Source: Phoronis australis (taxonomy: Eukaryota > Animalia > Phoronida). Taken from it: a DNA stretch of 64,000 nucleotides. A model generated the notes under the pieces. The model was not told where the DNA came from, did not search any database, and saw only the letters and a program-made list of their open reading frames with translations. How positions within the stretch are numbered: the first letter of the stretch is position 1; each line of letters opens with the position of its first letter. Location of the stretch: assembly GCA_002633005.1 (NCBI GenBank), contig NMRA01000157.1, forward strand, positions 282,785 to 346,784, read 5' to 3'. Positions 35,570-46,647 of this stretch are shown piece by piece. The position numbers and the translations under genes were made by a program.

Positions 35570-38500
35570 GTAGGTCCTGTTTGAGTATTTATAAAGCTTA
35601 TATATAACTTCATTTGTGAGTCTAGTTATTTTTATCACGGTTTTGCGGTCACTTTTTCGTTTACCCCTGTTGAACATCCTTTTCCAGGAGTCGCGTGTCG
35701 AAGAAAAATGCGCATATTTCTGGCTATCCAACTATTTGCGGCACCTCCTGAGTGTTTAAGGCAGCATGAAACCCTCTGTAGAATTTTAACATAGATTAGA
35801 TGAGCCACATTCTAAGGTCTTAATGGCTACTTGACAGTGAGACTGTAGTTTTCATTCTTTCGTCGTCGCGAATATTTCAGAAATTCTCCTTTCCGACGAT
35901 GTTTGAACCAGTTACCGATGCCAGGCATAACTCGGCCGTACCTCAATCATCGTCAGCATTGCATAGCCAGCCGAGCTACGATGTCGTCACCAAGACAGAG
36001 GTCGATGATACAGACAAAGATAATCAACCGAAAGACACGCAATACGTGAATGCGAACTGTGTATTATTAACATACTTCAGCGGGGATATATCTACAGTTG
36101 TCGATGAACATTTTACCCGTGCTCTCAGTCAACCGAGCAGTTACAGTGCCAGTGACGGCTCCAGTACACGAACGAGCCCCTCGACAGGTACTTGGAAGGG
36201 TAAGGCACCTCATTGTGTGTTCTGGTGTTTTTGTCTCCATATCCAAGTTGGGTTCACTCTTAGCGAAGCCCTCGCTTTTGGTTAGTCACTTGTCAGTTTC
36301 ATCGTATTTTCTCGTTTTGTGAATTTAATCTCGCAATCAATGTCAGTTTCCTAAACATGGTAGTCGCATTGAAGTAAACATTTGTGCTCATTTCGTTTTT
36401 ATCACGCGTAGTTTCCATTGTCCGGCTTCTGTGTTTACAAAATGGGACTCCACGTCTTGCGCGTGACTAATTATTGCTCATCCACTTCGAAAAGTAAAAA
36501 AACTCTGCAAGTTTGAATTTCTAAGTGGTAAACGAGAAACAAATATCTCTATGATATTTGTATTTGTGAGTAGTTGGTATTTTTGCCGTTATAGCCGCTT
36601 TCAATGATGTTCTGGTGTTAAAAGCATCATTTTTTCACAACGTATTTACTCTTTCAAAGCAACTTCATCATGGTTTAATCTTTTGTTTGAACCGAAACTG
36701 TATACCTTAAATCTCCAGGAATTCCCTTGACAGCCCCCCTGCCTTGGTGATCGAAACTAACACCTCCGGGACAAACAATAACCATTCAATAATGGGCCTG
36801 TTCTGCAGCACTCACGATTAGACAGTTCTTTTCGGTCAAGCTTGAAAATCATCTGTTATAATCTGGGTACGGAACAAGATAGACCGATTTTGTAACAGTA
36901 ACCGGTCAAATTTGAATTCAAAATCAACAAGATGCCTAGATGGCTATCATTGTCAGTCACACCTTATCAGAGTTCGATTTGAAAACTCTTGTTTTTATTC
37001 CTCTGGGATTTTCTACATGGCCATGAAACACAACATTTGCTTTCAAGAGTTTTAGTTTGTTGAAGCGTATGATTTAGGCGTGTTGTCCGTACGAAGACTC
37101 GGCGAGTTCAACAGGGCATAAGCAATATTCACTGATCATCTGTCAGCGTTTGACAGCCCCAGTGTATCCCTTTTCAAAGGCTGTGGTTGTCCTGTTCCAA
37201 AAATACCCTTTACACGCATTCTGTCTACATAAAACATTAACTTTTTCGTGTCGCTACTGAATATTTGTCCTACTGCTGCTTTTCATGTCTTGTTACTACA
37301 AACTTCTTTGCTTGTGATTTTCTCGTTACGTAACATTGCGTATGATTTCCAAAATTCAAAATGTCAAGATATGAAATGAGAAAATCCTCCATTTTACTTT
37401 ATCTATGTATCCTGCATCGTTGATTTGTTTACTCATTGTCTTTCCACGTTGAAACTTACAGAACTATTGTAGGTTTTCTCATTACCACTCATACATCATG
37501 TAAATTTCATTGTGCATCCGTAATGCTCTTGGGCTAAAATATTAACCTTTTTCACAGGCGAAATTTTCTCTTCTAATTAATAAAGTCATCTTGCGCTTAT
37601 GTTTTGTTTGCGCTGAAATTGGTTACACTAAATCCCCACCAGGGTTTTTTTCGCGAAAAGTGACTTAAAGTAAGACTTAAAGTTAGAAATGTGGTCTTAC
37701 GCTCGACGCAACAATATCTGAAAAAAATAAATCAACTCTCACAAAGACTGTGAAAATATCAGCATTTTACTTCTAATTACTCAGAAATAAGTTCCAATTC
37801 GTGACGTATTAATAATTACATGGCTCAATCTTTATTCAGTCTTATTTAAGTTACGTTTTCATTAAACAGACAGAATTCTCGTAACGACCACTTGACAGCG
37901 CTACGATGGCTGAGGCTAACCTGCCGTGACCAGCAAATTTCATGACTGAGCCTGGGCTGAACCAATAACAAACTGTCGATCGGATAGAACGTGCCCGAAT
38001 TTTGAGAACCAGTTTCTCCACTGAAAAACGAGCATCAAGCTGGGTATCAAAATACGGGCACGTTATGTACCCGACCGCATTGCCAGTTCTAAGTCTGTAA
38101 CTCCTTTACACTTTTAGTAAGCAACAAGATGAGTCCGGTTATTCAGGACCCTAGAAAAAAGTCTAAATTTGGCCTAATTTGGAACATCATATGACAGAGA
38201 TGGGTGATCGGATTCTTAAGAAATTTTCAGATAGAGTGCTTTGTTCAACATTCTCCACATCGCTATAAGTTTTTAAAATGTGGCGGCACAGACAATCGCC
38301 TGTTTGCAGTGTTAGCCATTCTTATTCAAATGGCCATTCAGTCACCTGCTGTTACGTCATCTATTGATACGCAGATGTCTATGCAGAGTACCTAGTGAAA
38401 ACCTGCCTCCCGTTCAGTAACGCTAGGACCTCGCTAAAAAGCAAGATTTCGCGAGATTACGTGAGATATTGTCGTGCGTTTTAAATGAGAGCACGTGACT

Positions 38501-41500
38501 GTGGCTAGGCTTTAGCTAGGTCCTAGCGTAGGTCCTAGCCGCTACTGAACGCACGCCTGATGTTTCGGGCAGTCAAGTAAGGGAACATAAGACCTGTGGC
38601 TCTTTTTATGTTTCCGAATACGTGATGAGACTGCAATCCTGGCTTATTTATTTGGCTATCGTTTACTTTTCAATCCGTGACAAAATGTTCCACTTCTGTA
38701 TGAGGGCTATAATAATGGAATCTTATGATTTTCACGAAAAAAATCAAAACTTGTATAAAAAGAAATGGTAATTTAGAAAACTGTTACAGCGTTTTTTAGA
38801 TTTCATCTTGAACAATTATATAAACAACACTCGGCCATGTTGTTGATACCGTGATTTGCTATCGATTTAACTTCTTTTTGCTATTTCTTTTTAAAACCAA
38901 ATGGTTACTTTACCCAATTAACAGTAGATAAGGTGAAAGTCACGAATCAAATTCTACTATTTTCAGAAAATATATTCTTTTACCAACTTAAAAAACCTAT
39001 AGTTTTGTAAATCCTTGGCTAAGGACACAGCCTTAGGATAAGGTCTTACACAACGAACAGTAAGTTCACAAAGTTATTCTGTAATGCAGGGTGTCGTTTA
39101 TTGTCCCTTTATAGATTGATTGACACGTTAACTACCAATAGTAGATCTTAATGGGATTTGGGGCATTATTTGTAGTTCTGAATAAAAAGTAACTTCTTGT
39201 GGACAGAATTTTTATTTTATTGCATTCTTTTTCTCCGTAGCACATCCTTGCCTAACAACCAGTGATACAAACAAAGCTACATTTCGTCCTGTTTAGTTGG
39301 CTAAAAAAGACGAAAATCGAATAGGGCCTTTACTGTCATGAAATCGGTCATATAATATTCCTTACAGTGATAGAATGTTCTTTCCGTTCCAAGGAGAACG
39401 TCTAAACCACCAGCAACTCAAGAAAACGCTTCAGAGTTTATTGGGCCGGGGTTGGCCAGCCCTAAAATTTGGAATTCGAAAATGGCGCATGTAGGCATTA
39501 TCTCTTACTCGTGTTGTTTACGAAAACGGGATCCAATCACGGTAGGAAATATTGTGAGACCAGTTTTATAGAAGTGAAAGATCTAATTAAGTTTTCGTTC
39601 GGTTTTTAACCAGCTAAGGGCAAAATATAGTTCTAAATATGTAAACATAAAATGTCTTCACGCGTTAGAAAATCCGAACAAAACGAAATTTCATTCAAAC
39701 TGGTATCTTTGTTATTGGAAAAAAAATCTCGAACAACAAACCGAATATGTTGTAAAAAGCTGTTTGCAAATCATTGACTCGAATAGGCCTTTCCTTTTCA
39801 TATTTGTTGTGATCGAACAAAACAATTCATTCGCCTTAAATTGTTTAAAAATAACCTACCATCTGCCGCATACGACGGGTACGACCGCGTAAACCGTTTC
39901 CATAGTTACAAATTCCATCCGGTGTTGTTTAGATAAGTTTTGAATACACATTAACACTGAACAAACAAATGCTGGCGCGCCAAATTATTATTACAAAACA
40001 CAGTTTATGAATAATTTTGACAGAACTAGATGTGAGTAGAGTGGGTATAATTCACGGGGAAATAGAATTCATTGTTCTTTCGATGGAAAAATCGTCTGCG
40101 TTCGTGTAATTTGTTCTCATTCAACTAAAATCCTCAACAAACTTTACATGTCCACACTCCTCAACGATAGCTAGTCCGTTGGCCGTAAATCCCCTCTAGC
40201 TCGCGGTAATTTCCATTAGCACGATTCTCACAGCATGCATCGGTCAATCTATCCTTTTACTCCCGGCGAATCATTGTATAGTAGCCGTATAAACGAGACG
40301 TGTTATAAATTGTTCACGGGGTTCGTCATCATGTTATGCAACTTCTATGCGCAGAAATAACAAACACTTACCCCGTTGTAAACAAGACGGCTACAACTTC
40401 CAGACACCGTGTCCGATACCCCGGCAAACCTAATTACTTTAATACGGACATTGTCTTTGCTGTATAGGCCTGTCTTCTGGTTGCAGATCAAATGAGTAAC
40501 AGGCTGACCTGAACCCAAATAAAAGACCCAAATTTCGAAAATAAAAAAATACGCCAAATGTGATAAATATTTCACCAATGAATATGCGTTACGTTCATGA
40601 ATAAATAACCAAACAACATTCTTGTATACTTCACAATAAATTTAAATACACTTTTAGATTAGAATGATAGTCGTGCGACCAAACAAAAAATGAAACAAAA
40701 TATTTTTTAAAACATTTTTATTTAAATATAAAACCATAGTAATACTCTTACGACTATAATTTTTAGGAAATTTAAGCATTTCACTTGGCTATAACTCAGA
40801 TCATTTGTTTATGTTTTATGTTTCTTTCATTTTTACTTATACATGTCTGTCCATTCGAGTACTCAACTACACTACGCGCTTTGTAGTAGGTAAAAGGCAC
40901 TGCTGAGAGTAATCGGTTGGTTTGTTGTGAAAATACGTAACGGCACTATTAGCGTATTTCTGAATGACTTTAAAGTACAAAAATAACAGAGTGCATCAGT
41001 GAAAAAAGACAGATTGAAAATCCAATTAATGTTGTAGAGACACTTAGATTGGCGACCACCAGCTTCGCTCTTGGTACGATTCTGATACACTTTTTTCGGA
41101 AATTCTAATGACTTGTTTGGTAGCCGATGTTCATCGCTCCGGTGGGCTACTATCTCACAGTTAAATACACTATTGAATTCCCTTTGAACATGTACTAATG
41201 GTGACTCATTCAAATTCAATTTCTCTGCATAAAGCAGGTGAACTTGTTTCCACTCTCCGGTTGACACACTTTCCTGTAATGGCATTAACAGATGATACTG
41301 GCAACAACGGACAGGCTCCAACTCAGTGTATTTTGGTCTAACTGTAATATCTTTGATTTTGATGATGGTTTCAGACGCTGTACTTTGCAAAATAGTACTA
41401 AAACAGTAAATAGTGTTTTGTCCTACATTTAATTCTTTTACAGCTCAAGTGATTTTCGATTAATCTGAAAACGCACTAGTCGTCGTGCACCAAAATAAGA

Positions 41501-43883
41501 TCACGATTTGTTCAGCTTGAGGTAACCAGCAACAATATACTATTTTCCATGGCGCCGTGAACAAATATTTCAATTTCTAGCCAGTCGGTCGCTACCTTAT
41601 TCCTCTGCCACTTAAACAAAATGTTGAGGCATGCAAACGTAATGTTTATCTATCAATGAAACGAGCTGTTAATCTCTATTATTTTTCCATGTTTTCATTT
41701 TCAGACTCCTCACCGATGTCCCAACGCAATTTCCCAGCCTCATTTTGGAACAGCAATGCATTACCTTCATCATCTGGGTTACCATTGGCAACCGACCCCT
41801 ATATGACCTCACTACACGGATTACATGATCCCTGGGGTCACTGGACGTCACAGACACATGCGTATACCTCACGCGCAGTGCACGAAAGCCTTAGTCATTA
41901 TCCGTCTATGATGTCATCCAGTCGCCTAGGCTCACATTATGGGCCTCTTTTAATGCAGCCCGGTGCAGGTAAAAATTTGGACAATTCATGTTATTGTCGC
42001 TTAATTGTTCTCCGCACTTCATATTCGATTCCATCAATAGATCTTCACAAAATGTTTAATTATGCATGGTCATTATACGGACACCGTAATGTTTAGTTCC
42101 ACACCACATATTCTGTCCCTAGAATTCCGCCCATTAAAACCTAATAACTAATGCGGCGCTTGCGCTGTGATTTATCACTCATAAGCCTCGAACTTTGACA
42201 AACGCCTTCAACCCTTTTTAGTTTTGTAATTTCTCTTCACTCGAAAAGCAAAATCCAGTACACTTAGTTTGCTAATTTCCATCTGCTTGAACCCCGCACC
42301 CCGGTTAGGAGTCTATTACATCTTAGTGTAACTCTTGCTTCATGCATGTGTATTGAACAACCTTGCTATTTCTGTGCCTCACCACTACGCGCAAATAATC
42401 CAATCATTTCAAGTTCCACACATTTCTAACTACTGTACCGAATGACAAAATCGTTTTCTGTAAGATGCCTCGTCTCGGTTTCACTAGTTACAGGGTCTTA
42501 TGGGCAACCCCGCGTCTTGAAACTAACTCCGCCCTCCGGCGGGCGATTCCCTTACTCCGTGCATTACGTATACGTATGTTTGTAGAAACTGCGTCCAAGC
42601 TCTTCGAAGTTGTTATGGAGTTTAGACATACATTCATTAATCTAAATACTTTTATCGTTACTTACACAAAAATAGTGATGTGTTGTTTAGTCAAGGGCAC
42701 TGGGGATTCAGATTTCGCAATCTCCGGCCGACGCCGGTAACCAGAGTTTAACTGGAAGAATCGCAAAATCCCTTTGCAAGATTAGTTTATACGGTACCAT
42801 ATTAATTCCGAAATCTACACAAAAGCGCACCTAAGAAGAAATTAAAAAATCCTCGAAAAATGCTAAAACCGAATATCCTCAAGTTGTGTAGTCTGGGCAA
42901 TTACATGACGAAAACAAATATTGTATTATCGCGCAATCTGTGCAAGAATGGGTAATCCGCTGAATGATTTCATGTAGTTTTGCTCTGCTCATATCGTATC
43001 AGAATGTTGCGACTGTTAACTAGAATTACTCCACCCTTGGCTGATTTTTCTGTAATTGGTTTAGTTTATTTTCAGTTGCATCAACTTCGCGATTACCTCA
43101 CACGGTGACGGGGCCTTCAGACTTTTCAAAAAGCCATACAGACACGCCGTGGGCATCTCGCTACCATAGCGCGGCCGACTTTATGACGCCCAAGTTAGAA
43201 CCTCCGTCGACAGCTCTTAAACGTAAGAAAACTCGCAGTTTTCCTCACTAACATCAGCTTTTCTAGTCAAAGTTCTTCAAGAAACATCATTATGGAATGT
43301 TCGAGCGCTCCTTTCACTCGGACAGCAATAAGAAAAAACAAACGCATTTGCAAAACCCAACGGTCGTTTGCTGTACTGAAGTGGACCCTATTTCTTTGCT
43401 GATGGTTGTTGACACATTTTCCAGTCAAACCGACAGTGATTTGCTATGCGATTATGAAGGTGAAAGTGGTGCGCCTCTCGGCGTGCACCCGAAAAATTCC
43501 TGACCGGCCAATTTACATGAAAACGACTTTCCTGTTTTCACAGTGGAAGTATCCAATCTGATAAGTGCATTAGGCCTACAAAACTAAGCACGGTCCGTTA
43601 GGCCTATTGCCGGCTGTCGGTGTCAACACACTATATGTGTATATCTGAGGAAAACGAACCGTGTTTGCATGTGTTCAAACGTAGGAACCCATAGTCCAAT
43701 GTTTTCATAGAATAGTTTTCGTTACTTCCAAATGTGTAAGGTATGTACGGAACCCGTGGTAAAAAGTGCTGACGTCAGCATACTGTCTTTGTAATTCACT
43801 GTTGTCATGCGTTGCACACTTCGTATATTTCAGGTTTGGACGGCAGCGTTGGAGAAACTGGAAAGGATCTCTACTGGTTCTGA
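35495..43883 (+). CDS. vg: Vestigial-like TEAD/Scalloped cofactor (vestigial/VGLL1-3 class), spliced gene span
   Basis: Exons 35495-35569, 35881-36199, 41705-41968, 43076-43222, 43834-43883 join in frame. TONDU motif CVLLTYFSGDISTVVDEHFTRAL, PMSQRNFPASFWNS, terminal KDLYWF. An alternative in-frame ATG lies at 35408. Confidence 0.93.
35881..36199 (+). CDS. vg: vestigial-like coding exon 2 (TONDU domain)
   Basis: tttcag|KFSFPTMFE...VVDEHFTRAL...GTWK|gtaagg. Confidence 0.95.
37980..38070. mobile_element. Diverged copy of the palindromic MITE family
   Basis: AACGTGCCCG-ATTTTGAGAACCAG...AAATACGGGCACGTT. Confidence 0.7.
38404..38559. mobile_element. Small TIR element (MITE)
   Basis: GTTCAGTAACGCTAGGACCT...AGGTCCTAGCCGCTACTGAAC inverted ends. 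Confidence 0.6.
39272..39636. mobile_element. MITE with imperfect inverted arms
   Basis: The left end AAAGCTACATTTCGTCCTGTTTAGTTGGCTAAAA matches 27025-27060 and 28099-28135; the right end is its imperfect inverse. Confidence 0.55.
41705..41968 (+). CDS. vg: vestigial-like coding exon 3
   Basis: tttcag|SSPMSQRNFPASFWNS...YGPLLMQPGA|gtaaaa. Confidence 0.93.
43076..43222 (+). CDS. vg: vestigial-like coding exon 4
   Basis: ttttcag acceptor, open phase 1-1 exon ASTSRLPH...PWASRYH...TALK, donor gtaaga. Confidence 0.8.
43834..43883 (+). CDS. vg: vestigial-like terminal coding exon
   Basis: tttcag|LDGSVGETGKDLYWF*, the typical vestigial C-terminus. Confidence 0.9.
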
Positions 43884-45285
43884 GAATAAGCCAGGAACGA
43901 TCATTAGGAGGCTCAATCAATCTCAAACCGAAAAAGCATATCAATGAGGAGATGGTATTCGGTTTCTTTCGCGTTTACACGGTGTAACAACTCGTTCCAG
44001 CTGCGAAGTGAAAAAACGAAATCTCTGAATAGAGTTACTAAGATGCATATATTGTTGGAGTGCACAAAGTGAGGCCTAATGACGTCAGATTATGGACGGG
44101 GATGAGGAAGTGATGTCAACTGTCCGCTATCTTGTTGTTGGTAGGGAATGTGCGGTTTTTCCTGTAAAGTGAATGTTCACATTAGAAACACCAGGTATAC
44201 TTGAACTTCAAACAACTTGGGAACCCATGGACTTAAGGTAAAATCTCACCATGTTGAACAAAAAAAAAAAAACAAATTTGGCCTTTTATCTTCTGAGAGC
44301 TTGCAACATTGCCATGAAGATGCCTTATTTTCAAAATAATGTCCGATAGTAACTGTAGCACAAAACATGAACTAGGCAAAACATTATTTTGTTGCTTTGT
44401 ATAACTTTTGACTACATTGCGACCATAGTCGAAATTTTCCTTATAACGATATTTATAAAAGATCCTTTAAACGCCCCTGCAGCGCCATCATTGAAAATCA
44501 TGATTATTGTTCATGTTTTGGAGGGGAAACCTTTCTATGTGCCCACATATTTATAAATCCCTTGCAAGATGTTTTTGAAATTTTGCAACTGTATTCTGAT
44601 TAACTTGGGCAGCAGATGGACGGTTTCCATTACTGCCGAGGTTCCGAATGGCTGTTTGTTTTTTACGTTGCCTTTGTACCTTTGGAGTTATTTGACGGAT
44701 TTTCATGAAATTTGGCAAATAAGTTTGAGAGACGACAACTTGTCATTTTTGGACGAGTTCAATGTGTTCTGTGCCATCCATAAGGGCCACTTTTATACTA
44801 GAAATAAATACCCCTAGAAGCAAACCACTTGCATTGCAGGCATGGGTGAATTTCAACGCTCGGCGTTGCTCTTGCCCAGTACTTCAATACAGACGATTAG
44901 CATTTCTAAGTACGCAATTCTTAAACATAGGTTCCTAATTAGACAGGTTGCAAAAAACGAATATTCGCTGGATTTATTAGAGTTTGAAATTTGCGACTTT
45001 GACTGCAAGGGGCCTGTAAGTAAAGCCTTCCCTTATTTCATTGGTGAGTTTCAATATACATTGAGCACCATGAAGGTGCAATTTGTCAAAAGACCCGCTG
45101 GGTGGCGCTAGAAAAGTACGAATAATCATCTGAATTGATGATTTTGCGGTAGCAACTGAAATGTTCAATACTGTTGATTGGAAGTGGCATGGCGATTAAT
45201 TTATTGGTCTTGCAGAAGAAGCACATGTGAATATATTTATTGAAACCATCGAGTTTGCTGTAAAATGCTCAATTTATTTTTGCCA

Positions 45286-45291
45286 AATAAA
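45286..45291 (+). terminator. Polyadenylation signal candidate, vestigial-like
   Basis: AATAAA ~1.4 kb after the stop; another lies near 44803. Confidence 0.4.
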
Positions 45292-45974
45292 GTACAACTT
45301 TAAACAATGTCATGTGAATTTTGCATTTAAATTAACAAAAAAAAACTACATAACAGTAATGGTGAATGACACCAACAAGTTGTAACGAAAAGTCGGCAAG
45401 TCATCTACAGGGATCCCCGATTTTAAGAAATAGTTTCATGTCCATTATGCAGTGGAACAAATAATTTTCAAAGAGCAGGTACCCTGCAAGTGACTAGTAC
45501 CATCAAATTCATAATACACCTACCTACTGATCATTATTGGAGCTTACAATGACACCTTAAACAGCTGATATACTATGTTAACAATGGTACAAAAATAATG
45601 GCATAACAGCCAGTTTACGTTTTTCACTAAACTGAGATACATTTTAATAAGTATGTCATCCCCACCTTTATAACTCCTACCCACGGACAACTTCACAATA
45701 ACAATGGTACAAAAATAATGGCTAAAATTGCCCTGTTCCATATTTTGAAGGCACAATACATAGCTGTAAATGCCAATAATTCCACCTAATGTTGCCTGGT
45801 GGCAGGCGTACCATACAAATCATGCTGACAATGATGCAAACCTTTCATACAACTAATTTTTGTTGAAAAATAGGACAAAGTTAAATGTTCTTTATCTGTC
45901 CTATTTTGTCCCGAATGGAAGAATTTTTTTTATAACTCAACTTTTTATTGTGGATAAATAATTTGATAACGTTT

Positions 45975-46085
45975 TGGGCAATCATAGTCTGATATAAATG
46001 CCTGTATTTTGAGAACCAGTTTGATGCTAGTTATTCAGTGGAGAAAACTGGTTCTCAATATTCAGGCACGTTATATCAGACCATT
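45975..46085. mobile_element. Palindromic MITE-like element, same family as 22274
   Basis: GTCTGATATAA...TTGAGAACCAGTTT / AAACTGGTTCTCAA...TTATATCAGAC. Confidence 0.8.
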
Positions 46086-46606
46086 ACCACCTTTCGGGTC
46101 AGAGATAAATGACTAGATGAAGACAGTCATGGGAAGAAACTGAAGTGTCTTCTACAATGTTCAGAATACTAAAACTACGTTAGAAAAATACTATACTGTA
46201 TACAACTAAGGGTAACAGTTAATGAACTATGGCATAAGTCCCCAATTTGTGACAGTATCCAAAATTTGGGACACGGAAAGTCGCAGAAAATTTGAATTTT
46301 CTTGATTCTGAAAATTGAGACAAGAGAGATTTTGGCATTCACTTTTATAAAAATAAAATTTCGGACAATGTGTTTTCAGTCCACAGAGTGTGTAATTTTG
46401 CTGTCTTTCCACCGATTCTTGAATTTGTGGACGGCCAATATTGTTATTCCTAGAATTTGAGACGAGCTCCGACCTTGAGGAAAAAATAATTCTTTTTTTC
46501 ACTGTCCCAAACTGGAGAATTTTATCATAATTTGAGTAATCTTCCTCTTCAATAAACTAGATAATGTACCGCTTACTAAACCTAAAGTGAAACATTGCCA
46601 CGTTCA

Positions 46607-46647
46607 TTATATTTTACTCTTGCGTCGCGAACTTCTCCTGACAGGTT
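46607..46647 (-). CDS. NEIL1: NEIL1 terminal coding exon
   Basis: tttcag|PVRRSSRRKSKI*. Confidence 0.78.

Noticed and set aside
40872-41390. 172-aa antisense ORF in a vestigial intron
   Set aside because: No recognisable motif, non-ATG start and no supporting exon structure.
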